The notes: generated by a model from the sequence alone, not told the origin. DNA of 64,000 nt from Lobosporangium transversale (GCF_002105155.1 NW_019028982.1:310001-374000); one strand, 5' to 3'; shown: positions 24,276 to 39,300, counted from the stretch's first letter. Made by a program: numbers and translations.

Positions 24276-26586
24276 TCACGTCCGGAGACGCTTATGTGCG
24301 TTGTTGCTCTGTTGAAACGCGCTCCCAGTCCGAGGAGGTGCATGCATTGTATCAAAGTCAGTCGTGAGCGATGATGGTGAGGGTGAAGCTTGAGAAGACC
24401 ATCCATCCTCCTCTGCTGCGTTCCCGAGAAGACCATGCTCCTGCCCAGATTCATCCGTATCATCATCCTCATCCTCACCACCATCCCTAGGTAATGACGA
24501 CGGCGCAGCTCTTTTCTGAGCTTTGGACGCAGGTCCTTTTCCTGATTTATTATTATTTCCTCCTGCTTTCGAGATGGCCTCAGCTGCGCTCTTTTCCGCT
24601 GCTTTCTCAGCCGCTGTCATGTGCGTACGCTTATGACGTGTCACTTGATCCGGTCTAGAGAATCGTTTCTCACAACCAGGAAATGGACATTGGAAAGGAC
24701 GTTCGCCTGTGTGCACACGTAGGTGCTTGGTCAAGTTGGAGGATTCTGCAAACCACTTGTCACAGCCCTCAAACTTGCATTTGAATGGTTTTTCACCCGT
24801 ATGAACACGCCGATGGATCGTGAGTGCTCCAGAGATTGAAAATTCACGTCCACATCCTGGTTCTGGACATTTGAATGGCTTTTCGCCCGTATGTGTCCGC
24901 ATATGCTGAGCCATGATGTTCGCTTCCGAAAACCGCTTTTTGCAGAGCTGGCACTGATATGGTTTATCCCCTGTATGGGTTTGAATATGCCTCATTGCCT
25001 TTTGTCTCTGACCAAATCCACGGCCGTTTCGTTCACAGCCCTCCCATTCACAAACATACTCACTTTTCCCTGTTCCGACATGGTCCTCACTCAGATGTGT
25101 CGTCAAAGAATCGAAATTGCTGAATACTCGGCCACAACCCTTCCAACCACATCGATGTTGTTCTCCTTCGTTCGCATTCTCCTGACCTGTAGAAGTTGTA
25201 GTAGTGTTATTGCTATTGCCACTGGCGTTACTGCTACTATTATCATTATTATTATTACTATTACTATTAATGTTGTTGTTGTTGTTGTTGTTGTTGCTGT
25301 TATTGTTGCCGTTGATCTTAAGGGTGTTGACCTCTATAGGCTGTTGAGTTAGTTTTGTCGTCTTTGACTTTGGCTCTGAATGCCCAGACTCCAATTCCGA
25401 GACGTCAGGCAATGGTAAGATAATGTGGTGATCTGCTCGAAGGTGCTGTAGTAATTGGCTTCCATCATGTTGTTCTGTCTCACAAGACTCCCAAAGACAG
25501 AGAGCATGATCATTTCCAACTATCGGCATATGAAGTTGCGAGACGTGAGGCAGTAGGTCATCCTGAGACATAAATTCAGCAGTACATCCTGTCCAGAGGC
25601 AACGAATTATGTGGTCAATTTGGTCGTCATCCATCAAAGTGGATGATAGGGACATTGGGTCATCTGAGGCTGTAGCTTCTGTTGTATTAGCAAGACCTCC
25701 TAAAGGGGTCATATTCGATGTCGACACCTGATTGAGATGATGATAATGTTGTTGTGGTTGTTGTGGTTGATTATTGTAACTCTCATTGTTTTGATTGTTG
25801 TTATTATTGCTTATAAAGTGATATGTCGAGTACGGATTGTTGATGTCGCTACTGTGTTGAAGATGATTATCGACATGATTACAGCCATTGCTATTGTTCC
25901 AACTATAACAGGATAAAAACAATGCAGTTTAGCAAACAGTTACGATGAATAATGCAATAAATAGGCTGGTTAAAAAAAGAAAAGAGAGAGACAACTTACG
26001 AATCATTTACAGGTGTGCACTGTAGAGATTGTGTCGAGAAGTAGTGTGGAAGTTGTGCTATGATTGGTGTGGGAGTAGTGGATGTGGCGGATGCAGAGCC
26101 AGACGAAGGTGAAGCTGCGTCTGGACAACAGGTCTGACAACAGTCATTGAGGACCTCTGGATGCTCTGTGCAACAAGTGGATGCAGCTTGTCGACTTACA
26201 ACTGTTCCTGGTTGAACAAGATCCTGACAACATTCAGAATCCATACCCTCTTGATTTGCAGACTCTATGATACAGCATTCGATCTCCTGGATGGTATAGC
26301 CATTGATAGTAGGTTGAGTATGCGGACTATGGCAACAGTCAAGAGATTCAATTGTCAGGCTATTCGTAGTTCCGCAGCATGTGCTGGGCTCGACAGTTGT
26401 GGGACAACAAAAGTCATTGATATCATGAATCATAGTGCAGCATTCGTCTATAAGAGCAGGGGTGATAGACCCATGATGTATTGAGCCATTGTGATGGGTA
26501 TGGGTCTGATGTCCTTGTTGTTGCTGTTGTTGAATGTACTGGAAGGACGACAACTGGTGTAGGGTCGAATCCAGAGTCGTCGACAT
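24276..26586 (-). CDS. C2H2 zinc-finger transcription factor, Zap1/ZafA-like zinc-responsive activator
   Basis: Exons 26586-26000 and 25902-24276. Cys/His-rich N-terminus, tandem CxWxxC fingers, then an array linked by HTGEKP/HTGDKP (including SISGALTIH and ESSNLTKH). This is the Zap1/ZafA layout. Confidence 0.85.
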
Positions 26587-28336
26587 TGCTGTTGTGTTTT
26601 TTTTTTTTTTTTTTTTTTCTGTCGAATGTTGAAAAAGGATGGAAAAAGAGTTATTAAAGTAAATTAATTAGCTTTTCAAATGATGATAAATGTTGATGAC
26701 TTTGAAGAAAAAAAAGAAAAAGAGAGAAGGAGGGAGAGAGTTTCAAGGCACTTTGCAAAAATAGACACATGGTTAAGAGAATGGTTAGGATGAGATATTG
26801 CAATTACGGGGATAGTGAAGCCACATGCGGAAATGCAACGGCTCTTTACATCTTCATTCATTTAAAAGTCTAAATTGGTATCCTTGAGCCTCTTGAGAAT
26901 CTTACATGTTTCACCCGCATCAGTTGCAGGAATCGGTGCTTTTAGGACAGAGGCAGGGTAATAAAAGTAGCGATGACAGGAATCTCGTCTCATACACGCA
27001 CGGGAGAACAGGATAGGGCGGTTGCAATCTAAACACCTTTGCCGAGCATTGATTGAAGGGGGGTTTGCAGCTTAATCGAACATAGAGGCTTTCTCTTCAT
27101 ATTGCAATGTGTATATTTGTTTAATGTTCACAACCACAGGTTAGTCACGGATGAGTCTGTGCTGCAGAATAGCTAGTCGACTTGTCAGCATCAAGAAAAT
27201 AAATAGTAGAAAAAGGCGTTGTAGATGTTGATAACCACCATCAAAGGTAATGACTATTGATCAGTCCTCTAATTCGCAATAGACTATTAATCGGACAAAG
27301 AGACGGATATATATATATATCTCATATGTATACATCTAAATTACCTTTCCAACGTGTTCCCTTGAAGCGATAAACTTCTGTCCGCTCTTTCCTCCTAATC
27401 ATCCTCACAAATGTGTAGCGCCAGTGCAGTCATTTATGACGATGTCATGTTGGTACGCTTCGCCCGAATTTTGATTCCTCTGAACGGCTATTAATAGTTG
27501 CCCTCTAGAATTCTCTGATGATCCTAAAGAGCCTGTAGACCCGGATAAATCTGCATGATCTCTTTACTAGCTTTACCTCTAGCCTTCAAAACCACCGTCT
27601 AAATAAGAATCCCTCCGAGGATGCCGATAAACTACTCAAGCTTGTAGCGTAGCATAGCAAGGAGCAAAAAAAAATGTTGTTTTTGTAAAGGACATTGCTT
27701 TCGCTGCCATAAGGGTGATTCAATGCAAATTGTGTATGTATCATGAAGCTCTGCTAAAAAAAAAATAAAAAAAAAAATTCATGCATGAGCTTCTTTAAGC
27801 TTGGAACGTGTAATCTTGATTGATAGATTGTGTTGATGTTGATGGCGGATATGATTGTTGTTGGCCTTTAGGGATTATTGGAGGCTGAAAGAACATTGAG
27901 TGGAATATACCTCCTTCTTACCTCGACCATAGGTACATGAGCAAAGTAATTAAGAAGAAAGATGGGTATGGAAATGGAAACTGCATGGATGATGTTCAAA
28001 AAACGATACATTTGTTTGCTGACATGGCCAAGTCTGTTAATGGGGAAAGGACATGATTATCGCGAGTCAGGATCATCTGAATGGGCTCCTCACCCTCAAC
28101 ACAGCCGTCTTTTATTTTTTCAGGCAGTCAATAAAGAAATTCCCGCTTCGCCCCATCTTGGAGTCTTTTTGTGTCTTTGGTCTTTTTTTTTTTTTCCTCC
28201 TTTTCCTTTTCCTTTCCTTTTCCTTTTTCCTTTTCCTTTTTCCTTTTCTCCTTTGTTCTTTGACCCTTTCCACTTACCTCAATTTTACCTTCACTTGACT
28301 GGCCAGACCTTGGCTCTTCTCCCCGATTAACATATC

Positions 28337-28345
28337 CTCTCAACC

Positions 28346-28376
<31 letters not shown>
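28337..28376 (+). repeat. Short 7-bp tandem repeat (CTCAACT)n in the TM9SF leader
   Basis: About 5 copies: ctcaacc ctcaact ctcaact ctcaact ctcaact. Confidence 0.8.
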
Positions 28377-28377
<1 letters not shown>

Positions 28378-28475
28378 CCTCTTTTTTCATCTACACAAAA
28401 GAAGCTTTAAAGAAACAAAAAGAAAAAAAAAGAAAAAAACAAAAAAATAAAGGAAAAGGGCATCAGGAACAAACG

Positions 28476-29449
28476 ATGACGCACTCACTCTCAATCGGTC
28501 GTCGTCTGGGTCAGATGGTGATGCTTGGTGCAGCAGCATCTCTTGCACTCATTTCACTGGATTCACATCATCTCGTTCAAGGATTTTACTTGCCAGGGGT
28601 AGCCCCTCATGACTATGTAAAAGGCGATCCAGTGCCGTTGATGGTCAATGCATTGACTCCTGGTTCTGATCGGGATCTCAAATCAGTCATTGCATATGAT
28701 TATTATGACCCACAGCTTGGATTCTGTGCTCCAGAAGGAGGTGAAAAGGCTCAGGCTGAATCCCTTGGAAGTATCTTGTTTGGTGATCGAATCTGGACCT
28801 CGCCATTTAAGGTATTTAATATTATATAATATCACATAACATGTCATATTGCATTTAAACGGTATTAAGCAGTAAAAAAAAAAAAAAAAAAAAAAAACAC
28901 TTTTAACGTTTTTATTTCTATTCCATTTGGCTTTAAAGATCAATATGAACACCGTGGTTGATTGTCAACGTCTTTGTGACAAGGAAGTGGATGCAGAACA
29001 GGCCCAATTCATCAACGCACGTATCCGTGAGAATTATGCGATCAACTGGCTAGTCGATGGTTTACCGGCTGGACATGTTCGTCCTGGTCGTGAGCCGGAC
29101 ACGGAGGTGTACTCGATCGGATTCCCTCTGGGCGAGGACACTGGAAGACCAACGCCCCAACTGAATAATCATTACGAAATCTCGATTGATTTCCATCATA
29201 ATATTCAAAAGGATACTCTACGTGTTGTCGGAATTGTAGTCCAGCCTATGAGGTATAAATGACTCGAGTTTTTTTTTTTTTTTTTTTGTTAATTGTTTAT
29301 CTATCTAATATCATACAGGGATTGAAAAAGAAATAGCATCGAGCATTTTTTTCTATGGATTTCATTATTCCAAATCTGGATATTCAATCAATGGATTCGA
29401 TGGACGAAACGAAAGACTCCATAGGGAGGGATATCAGCATTTAACAATA

Positions 29450-29486
<37 letters not shown>

Positions 29487-31165
29487 AACTTTTGAACAAG
29501 GGATACGCAGGATAGAGAAAAAAAAAAGAGTCACGAACCGTATCGCAGCGCATGGAGCTAAAGGCGAACATCCTTGGTGGAATTAAGTTTGATAGAACAG
29601 GGAATCTAATACCTTGATGTTACTGCACTCTTAATCATAGCATTGCCTCTCCTGTAATTGGCCAGCCTGCATGCGGTATTTTGGATGCTGATCAATCCCC
29701 TCCTGTGTACCTGGACGAGAAGGCTACAACCCCTGTTACTTACACCTACTCTGTCAAGTGGAATGTATGTGAATACTTTGATTAGTCAGTATTGGTTGAA
29801 TTCCTTATCACATCTTGGGCAAATGGGGCTCACATTGGTAAATATTTCAACGGCTAAATAGGAAGTGGCGACTGCTTGGGCGACGCGTTGGGATAAGTAT
29901 CTGTTAGTGGGAGAGCCAAGGATCCACTGGTTCAGTTTGGTGAATTCAATCATCATTGTCCTCTTCTTGACAGGGATGGTCGCGATGATCCTGTTGAGGG
30001 CTCTTCATAAGGATATTTCACGCTATAACCAATTGGAAGCACAGGAAGACATTCAGGAGGACTTTGGATGGAAGTTAGTCCATGGAGATGTCTTCCGGAC
30101 CCCAGCTTATCCAATGTTGCTCTCCATCATTGTCGGAAACGGATCCCAGATGTTTTTGATGGCATCTGTCACCATTGTGTTTGCAGCCCTTGGATTCCTA
30201 TCGCCATCGAACCGCGGATCACTTGCTACGGTTATGATTGTGTTTTACATGTTCTTTGGTATCGTGGCAGGTTTTGTGTCGGCACGTATGTACAAAATGT
30301 TGGGCGGTGAGGCATGGAAGAGCAACGTGCTTGGAACAGCTTTCTTGTTTCCTTCGTAAGTGCATATATGGTTTTTTTTTTTTTTTTTTTTTTTTTTCTT
30401 TTTTCTTTTTCTTTTTCTTTTCCAGAATCTGAAATAACAGCAAGTGCTATATATTAGTGTTGACTAACATTAATATATTGGGATTCAAAATATTTATACA
30501 GGATCATATTTAGCGCATTTGTAGCACTCAATTTCTTCTTGATCAGTGCCAATTCGTCAGGAGCGGTTCCATTTGGTACGATGCTCGGGATTGTGGCTTT
30601 ATGGTTCTTGGTGTCGACACCTTTGTCGGTGATTGGGTCATATCTTGGATTTCAGCGTCCCCAGATTGAGCATCCAGTTCGGGCGAACCAGATTCCTCGT
30701 CAGATTCCTGAGCAAGTGTTTTATCTTCGACCGATTCCGTCGATGCTCATTGGAGGTATTCTACCTTTTGGGGCCATCTTTATTGAACTGTACTTTATTC
30801 TGAACTCGATCTGGTTCCACAAGATCTACTATGTGTTTGGGTTCTTGTTCCTTGTGTTCGGGATCTTGATCTTGACCTGTGCAGAGGTGACGATTTTGAT
30901 GTGTTACTTTCATTTGTGTGCGGAGGATTATCATTGGTGGTGGCGAGCGTTTTTCACCTCTGGAGCATCGGCATTTTATATCTTTGGATATTCGGTCATG
31001 TACTACTTTTCGACGTTACAGATCCGGTCGTTTACGTCGATGGTGCTGTACTTTGGATGGACAGCGATCATGAGCTTGATCTTTTTTGTGCTCAGTGGAG
31101 CAATTGGATTCTTTTCGACATTTGTGTTTGTTAGGAAGATTTATGGAAGCATCAAGGTTGATTAG
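28476..31165 (+). CDS. EMP70: Transmembrane 9 superfamily protein (nonaspanin)
   Basis: Five exons. Signal peptide then FYLPGVAP, ESLGSILFGDRI, IHWFSLVNS, GWKLVHGDVFR, NQIPRQIP, EDYHWWWRAF and C-terminal IYGSIKVD. Confidence 0.95.
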
Positions 31166-31225
31166 AAAAAATGAGGTAGTTTAGATTTCATATATTTCAA
31201 ATGTGGAACAGGGTGGTTACACAGT

Positions 31226-31273
<48 letters not shown>

Positions 31274-31536
31274 GTTATTGAAATAAAAGAGTTAAAAAAT
31301 CAGGTACAGACCCTAAAAGAAAAAGACCGCCAAATTTTACAAAAATAAAAAAAAAAAAAAATAGCAAACATGGATAAAAAAATACTGTTGAACTGTGCAC
31401 ACCCTAATACTGTATGGATAGACCATATAAACCACTGTCATAACGTTGGATGTTATATACATGTTGAAGATTGAAAGCATTTTTTTTTTTTTTTTTTAAA
31501 AAAAAAAGAAAAAAAAAGAAAAAAAAAAAAGCAGGC

Positions 31537-31538
<2 letters not shown>

Positions 31539-31616
<78 letters not shown>
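31539..31616. repeat. (TAA)26 microsatellite
   Basis: Uninterrupted TAA run in the intergenic region. Confidence 0.95.
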
Positions 31617-31618
<2 letters not shown>

Positions 31619-32010
31619 GAAAAGGATAAAAAAAGCTTTCAACCATCCAAAAGCAGAAAGGTGCACAAAAGAAAAGAGAATAAGAATAAGAATAAGAGTA
31701 ATAATAAATAAAAAAAAAAAAAGTCGCGTTGCTTTCATTTCTTGAGTAGGATGGATATTGGCTCACGCTCTCAGTTGGAAAAAGTAGTACTATAGTTTAT
31801 TTGTCCCACTAGAGAAAAAATATAAATCCAAACAAAGATTGAGCATGGGTTGAAGAGAGGGAGAGAGAGCCAACGGTTTTTTTTTGTTTTTTTGAGCCTT
31901 TGAGGTTGAAAGAAAAAAGAAAAAGAAAAAAGAGGGATCTTGGGGCTGGATGCAGTTAGGAGTGTAGCTTATGTCATGTCTCCAGCTTGCTCGATTGCTA
32001 GGTTGGAGAA

Positions 32011-32057
32011 GAAAGGAAAGGAAAGGAAAGGAAAGGAAAGGAAAGGAAAGGAAAGGA
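32011..32057. repeat. (GAAAG)n microsatellite
   Basis: About 9 tandem GAAAG units. Confidence 0.9.
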
Positions 32058-32222
32058 ATAAAAGTAGATTAAGAATAATAAAAGGAAGAAAGAAAAAAAA
32101 GGGTACATGAGCATGCAGAGATGAATCGTTTGATGATGATGAGAAATGTATTGTTTGCAATTAGTGGTATGTATGAATGTATTATAAATTATATCAGAGA
32201 ACTCTAATTATGTTAATGCACG

Positions 32223-32257
<35 letters not shown>

Positions 32258-33411
32258 AAAAGGTGTGCATGTCATGTTATTAAAAAAAATAAACGTTATA
32301 CAAATACACAAGTTGGAGGTGTGAGGTTGGGGGTGTGAGGTTGAAAGTGTGAGGGAGGGGAGAAGGAGAGAAAGTGAGCCCGATATTCTTTTTTATATAT
32401 ATTTTATACAGCATGTGCATACACATTGCATCTATCCATGTAATGCAATCTGTCTTTTTTCTTCTTCTTTGTTTACTCTAATTGTTTGAATTCCTTGTAG
32501 ACCGTTATGATCCTTCAAAGACTAGGCTATTCAAGGAAAAGAAAGAGGAAAACAAATAAAAAACATAAAAATATACATTCATCATGTCATCTATTCAGTA
32601 ATCATGGCATAGCATGGCCATGCAATGCAGCCATTCATTCGCAGTTGAATTAAAAAAGAAAAAAAAGTCGAACAAATGTTAATTGAAAGAGATTTTCGTC
32701 CTTCTTCCTTCTTTGCGCACGCTCCGCTGATTATCCCTGTTGTTTCTCCACCTTTTTTCCTTTCTTCTTCTTCTTCTTCTTCCTCCTCCTTCCTCTTCCT
32801 ACCTTCATCTCCTTCCTTCCTTCTCTCTCCTCCATCTCTCTTTCATTGTGTGTGTGTCTGTGTGTGTTTGTCTGTGTAAGTGTGTTTGTGTGTTACTTCT
32901 CCAATCTCACCCCTCTTTTTTTTTTTTTTATCCCGCCATCTCTGACCTCTTGTCTGTTGTCTCTTGTCTCTCTATTCTTTGTTTCCCATTCACAAACCTG
33001 CTCATCGACCCTGTCATTGTCATCTGTTCATTCACCCCTCTTTTCTTTTTCTTTTTCTTTTTCTTTTTCTTCTTTAAACAAGAACTCATCATCTCATTCA
33101 ACTCTAATCGTCTCATTCTCCGTTATAAACTAGTTTGACAGCACACGTCTAGGTTTTATCAAAGCATTAATAAGAAACCTAACGGTCATAGTCAGGAACA
33201 AGAAGAAGGATCCTCTTACTCCATCTTCCCTTCAAGTCATCACATCTTTTTTTTCTTTTATTTTTTTATAACGATAATAAGAAAAAAGACAAGAAAGAAC
33301 CATCAGTCCATTTTATATTTTTTCTTTATTTTTTTTTATGGACCTTTACCGATCTCAACTTCTTTCTTTTTTTGTTAATTTCTCATCAATTGCTCGTTAT
33401 TCTTCTATCTT

Positions 33412-33444
<33 letters not shown>

Positions 33445-33583
33445 TTTTTTTTTTTTTTTTCCTTCCATCCTCCTTTTCCCTTTCTTCTTACTTGCTCTTG
33501 CCTTACAACTTTTTGGAGTATAAAGTAAGAGAGCGAGAAAGTGAGAGAGTGTGACATCTAATTGAGCCCTCCATCAACGAACA

Positions 33584-34451
33584 ATGGCCGGCCTGTTTTC
33601 AAAGAAATCTCGTAAAGAGAAGGAGGAGAAAGCTGCAGCGGCTGCAAAAGCTACGACTACTGCTTCTTCAGGCACTACTCAAGGATCTACCGGCTCAGGT
33701 TTCTCGGTCAATTCCATCAATAATAATAATCTTACTGCTCCTGGTCCTTCCACTCCGTCGGGTCATCCTCCAGCATCAAACGGCTCCATCGTATCATCTG
33801 CATCTAACCTTTCCTCAAGTGCTAAACAACATTATCAAGGAGCACAAGGACAGACACAAGGACAGACACAGGGACAGGGGCAGACACAGGGACAGGGACA
33901 AGGACATTTCCATGATAATTCGAGTACCAACAACAGTTTGTCTACCAGTTCAGATTATGCGTCTCAGCAACAACAACATGGTCAAGGACCATCTAGTAAA
34001 GCATCATTCGAGAGCGACAAGGCGCGTCATTATCAACAGCAACAGATGCAAAACCCCATGAGTCCTATTCAGGGTCCTCCACATTCTCTCTCATTGTTGC
34101 ATGGCACGAACGCCTTATTCGGGAACAACCATAATATCCACAGCGGTATCCATGGACCATGGATCTCAGCACAGGTCGTGTCTGTGAATCCATTTCCACG
34201 TATTGGACACACAGCATCGTATGTGCACACGGGAACGGACATTTATGTCTTTGGAGGCATCTCAAAGAACTCGATCCAGAGGGACATGCATATCATTGAT
34301 TTTCGTAAGATTTATTTTTTTTTTTTCCTTCTTGCTTTTCTTCCTTCCTTCCTTCCTTCCCTCCATTTGTATTACAATAACAGTTTTTGCAAAAATGGTT
34401 TTATCATCATTACCATTTTAGAATGATGCTCATCATCCATTCTGTAACACC

Positions 34452-34485
<34 letters not shown>

Positions 34486-36360
34486 CATTCTTACAATTTG
34501 CAACGGTCTTTAATCGATGATTCTCTTTCATGTCCGTGTATTTTTTGAAACAGCATTGTGCAAATCCCCTTAGTCTACCTCTCTCTCTCCCAACCTCTTT
34601 ATTTTGTTTTTTATTTTATTTATTTATTTATTTATTTTTTTCCCGCCCTTCCTGCAAATGTCAAATGTGAGAAAAACAAAAAAGAAAAACTTACCGAAGC
34701 ATCATTATTTAATATTCTGACCAATGCATTTTAACGGATCTTTCGAAATAGAATCTTTGCACTGCCAGGTCTTACCAGCCATGGGAATGGACCATCCACC
34801 TCCCACAGCAGGTCATACCGCTGTGACCCTTGGTCAATACATCATGTGTAAGTTGGAAAAGTGAATGCAGTTCTTGTTCTTTTCTACACATGTTCATCTA
34901 TTTTTTATCTGTTTATCTGTTTATCTGTTTATCTGTCTATCCGTTACATCTTTGTTCATCTATTCATCCGCTTTTCTATTTCCTTTGCTTTATTTTTTTT
35001 TTCTGTTCTTTCTAGATTTCGGAGGACGGGACACTAAAAACAAGTGCAGCGATGCATTGTTTGTGTTGCATACAGTCCGCAAGGAGTGGAATCGACCGGT
35101 GATCCATGGTCTATTGCCTGCACCCCGTCATTCACATGCAGCCTGTGTCATTGGCACGACCATGTTTATCTTTGGTGGACAGTTCAATGGATACTATCTT
35201 AGTGACATTGCCTCATTCGACATGAAATCCTGTAGGTCCTATGCCTCACAACTGTATTCTATTTTTTTTTTGCTTTTGCTTTTGCTTTTGCTTTTGCTTT
35301 TGCTTTTGCTTTTGCTTTTGCTTTGCTTTACTTTGCTTTACTTTACTTTACTTTACTTTGCTTTGCTATGGTCGATAACTGAACTGATAACCTTTTTTCT
35401 TTTTCTTTTTTTTGGTTTGTGTGTGTGTGTGTAGTAAATACCCCAAGTCCCAAGTGGAACCGTTTGGAGCCTACATCGGAGATCCCTCCCGCGCGTGCTG
35501 GCCATTGCGCGGCAGCTCACGATGGCAAGGTCTACATGTAAGTTGAAAATGAGTTGATCGCATTATCGTCCAAGTTCATATTTGTTCATTTGGTGGCGAC
35601 TTCATTTATGATATTTTGAGCTTAAATATTTCGCCACCAGTGTACGGTGACGAGCGAATCAATTGGTTGTCAATAGACGACGTTATTTTGTTATATACTC
35701 ATGACCAAAGAAAAAAAAAAAAAAAAAAAAAACGTGGTTCTTATCTTTCCATCTTATCTGATTTTTTTTTTTTTTAGTTTTGGTGGTGCTGATGACCAAT
35801 TCTTCTACAACGACATTTGGTGCTTTGATCCACAAACAAACACATGGGAGGCAGTACCAGCATTCGGTGTATTGCCCACAAGTCGTCAAGGCCATTCTGC
35901 TTGTGTCGTAGATGATACCATGTACATTTATGGTGGAATGGATCATGAAGATCAACTCTTGGGCGATTTATCTGCATTCAAATTTAATGGTAATGTATTA
36001 TATACAATTATAACGTGTGTTTTTTTTTTTTTAATGTTTATATTTATTGTATAAAAGCAATAGTCTTAATAACAACTTGATGCTCATCTCCTTGTTTTCC
36101 CTTCAATGTTTCCTTCTTTATAGAACGTCGCTGGCTGACCTTCCCAACTACAATCGAGTCACCATCACCTAGGACTGAGCATGCTATGTGTGCTGTAGGA
36201 GACAGGATTTTTATTCTTGGCGGTCAGCTGGAACTGAACGCTGATGAGGAGGATGCTAAATCCATCTACATCCTTGACACAAGTATGTTCTTGATTTTTT
36301 TTTTTTTTTTTTTTCCTGTCCCTCTTCTTCCTTGTCTCCATGTTTGTAATGTGAAAAAAA

Positions 36361-36393
<33 letters not shown>

Positions 36394-39300
36394 CATTCAC
36401 TATTTTTTTCCCCTCTCTTTATTTTATTTTAATAGCGAAAATTCGATATAACGAGCCTGCAATCACATCTCAACGATCTCCATATGATAATGAAAGTGCG
36501 CTGCGTCTGGAAGTCCCACCAGCTGAATCCTTGGATGACACTCCAAACCGACCCAATCTTAATAATGACCCCTCAATTAATAATAATCAACAGCACAACA
36601 ACGATGGCATCACTAACACCAACACCAATAATAATGTCAATCCCAACACTAGTAATGGAAACCCTAGTCTTTCGCGCTTTACTGTAGATGACTCCATGAT
36701 TGGGCCCTATTCGCAAACACAGGGACGTCCCAGTTTGGATGATTCGATTTCACGTCGCAGAGCCGCAGGCAAACCCGCTATGACTGGCTACCATGAAATC
36801 GAGCCACGTGCAACCCAATCCATTGATGAGACTCGTCGACCGAGTGTCGGTACTGGTTCCGACCCACATGAAGCGCGAGGACAAGTATTTGGATTCCAGA
36901 AGCCTTCGCAATTCCAACTTGGATACAGTCTTAGCAAACAGCTACAGCAACAACAGCTACAGCAACAACAGCTACAACAACAACAACAACAACAGCTACA
37001 GCTACAACAACAACAACAACAACAACAGCAGCAGCAGCAGGATATTGCTGAAAGGAGATCATTGGATAGCCGGGGAAGAGGTTCGTCGAATCCATCACCC
37101 AATTCACTACCCCGTGGATCAATAGATCAGACTGCTCGCAACGTCTTGGTTCAACAGCAGCAGCAGCATCAACAGCATCAGCAGGAACAGCAGGAACAAC
37201 AGCAGCAACAGCAGGAACAACAGCAGCAACAGCAGGAACAACAGCAACAACAGCAGCAGGAAAAAGAAAAAGAACTTGAACAGCGACAGCAAGGTTCGCC
37301 TGATTTGCAGGACACTTCCAAGGATGCAGAGATCAAAGACCTAAAGCAACGTGAACAATGGCTCCTTGCAGAAGTAGCAATGGCACGAAAGCGGATGGGG
37401 GAACGTCCACTCAGTTTAACAGCTGCGTTGAAAGAGGACATGGTTGCATTCGATACAGAGCCAGACAGTGAAAAGTACAAGATCATGCAGGCACTCCTCA
37501 GCGTGAAACAAGAGTTGGAACGATCAAAGACCTTGATCGTTGCGCAGGCTCAAGTGGCCTCCAACAAGTTGCGTGAGGCTGAACGGGTCCGCACAGCAGC
37601 TTTACAAGAGGCTGCGTATCTAAAAGCCAAGGTTTCGGCCTTGCAGTCCGGAGAGGCCTCTAGTCTGGTCGCCACAGAGACTGCAAGAGCCTTTGATCTG
37701 GAAAAGAGGTTGACAGCAGCATTGGCCATGGTCGATAAACTCCAGTCCCAATCAGATCAACACGAAGCCATCTTGGAACGTGAACGTCACGCGAAAGAGG
37801 CGGCCTTGGAACGAGAACGACAGATGGCTCAACGGGCAGAGGCAGCCGAGTTGTCTCATACAAGGTCCTTGGCAGAGTTAGCCACGCTCCATGAGCGAGC
37901 CTCAAAAGCCGAAGCAAATCTTCGAGAATGTGAAGCCAAGAATGCATCCAATGAGGCCGGACTATCATCCTATCAACAACAATCTACAGCACTGTTCTCA
38001 CAGATCTCGGAACTCAAGACGACGATTGATCATCAAAAGAAATCGCTCGAGAAAGCAAAGATCGCGTTCTCGCATGCGAACGAACGTGCGGAAGCATCGG
38101 ATCGGCAGTGGAATCAAGCCCGTCAAGAGATTCATACTTCACAGTTGGTCTTTGCAGGTGTCCGTGCAGATCTCGAAAGGGCTCAACGGGAGGCTGAGCA
38201 CTGGAAGGCGAAGGCCCAGGATACGGATCTGTTATGGCAAAAGGCCAAGAGTGAGTGTGAGGCCATGAGAGCTCTGTTGGAAGAAGACATGAGCACCTCT
38301 GCCTACACACCGGGCAACAGCAGTCGTAAGCATGACAGCATTATGGCCATCACATCCGCATCTCGAGTTGCAGAGCTGGAACATGAATTGGGGACGTTGA
38401 GACATCTGTTGAGAGAATCGCAAGCAGCGGCTGCACAGGCCAACAAGGATCTGGGCGAGAGCATGCTCCGAATCTCACAGCTGGAGCAGTCATCTATGGC
38501 AGCACGTACAGAAGCTACAACAGCTCAACGCCAGTTGACCGCTGCTGAGGACAAGGTCTCCTCGCTCGAGGCTCAACTGAGTCAGAAGGAGGAGGCTTTG
38601 GAGGAGATGGCGAAGGAGCAAGAGAACAACGAAGTTCAGTTGGGCGTGCTCCGAGGCGTGATGCGTGAGAACGGTCTGTTGGCGGATGATCTGATTTTGG
38701 AAGCGTTGAGTCAAAGTGCTGCTGGCACACAGACGGCTTCATCAGGAGCTCAGAGCCAAACTATTGATGCGCTCCAGAATAAGATCCAGGAGCTGGAAAA
38801 GCAGGCCAAGGATACTGAAGAGCAGCTAGAGCAACTTTACACACTCAAGAAGCAGCAGGAAGAGAGGATCCAGCAACTGGAGTCTGATTATCAGACGGCG
38901 CTCCATTATGTACAGGGATCCGAGAGTATGTTGCAGCGACTTCGTGATGAGCGAGATGCTGCGCTGAAAAAATTCGAGGAAATCGAGACAGCGCATGCGG
39001 CTTGTGAAGAGTTGTTGCGGTCATCTACAAAAGAGGCTGCAGCGTCCGCATCCGTGTCCTCTGCTGCATTAGCTTCCCAGTTGGAAGAGGAAGTTTCGGA
39101 TCTTCATCGCCAGTTGCATGAATCCATGGGTCGAGCTATGGAGTTGGAACAAAATATGGAGGAGATGACAAGGGCACTGCAGCAATCTGAGGCTGCAGCT
39201 GAGGCGACCATGAATGAGCTCAATGCCTTGAAAGCTAAGCAACATGAGCACATGGATCAGAACACAACCACGCCCGAGGCTTTCCAACAACAATTAGAAA

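Noticed and set aside
27380..27660. Short protein-like frames between the zinc-finger and TM9SF genes
   Set aside because: Multiple stops and no recognisable family. Too weak to call a pseudogene.
26600..28400. Zap1-type ZRE (ACCTTNAAGGT) for autoregulation upstream of the zinc-finger gene
   Set aside because: Only imperfect matches were seen (for example ACCATCAAAGGT near 27236), which is not distinguishable from chance.
31496..33523. Many small ORFs rich in poly-F, K, Y or L here and throughout the window
   Set aside because: They are translations of homopolymer runs and microsatellites, not genes.
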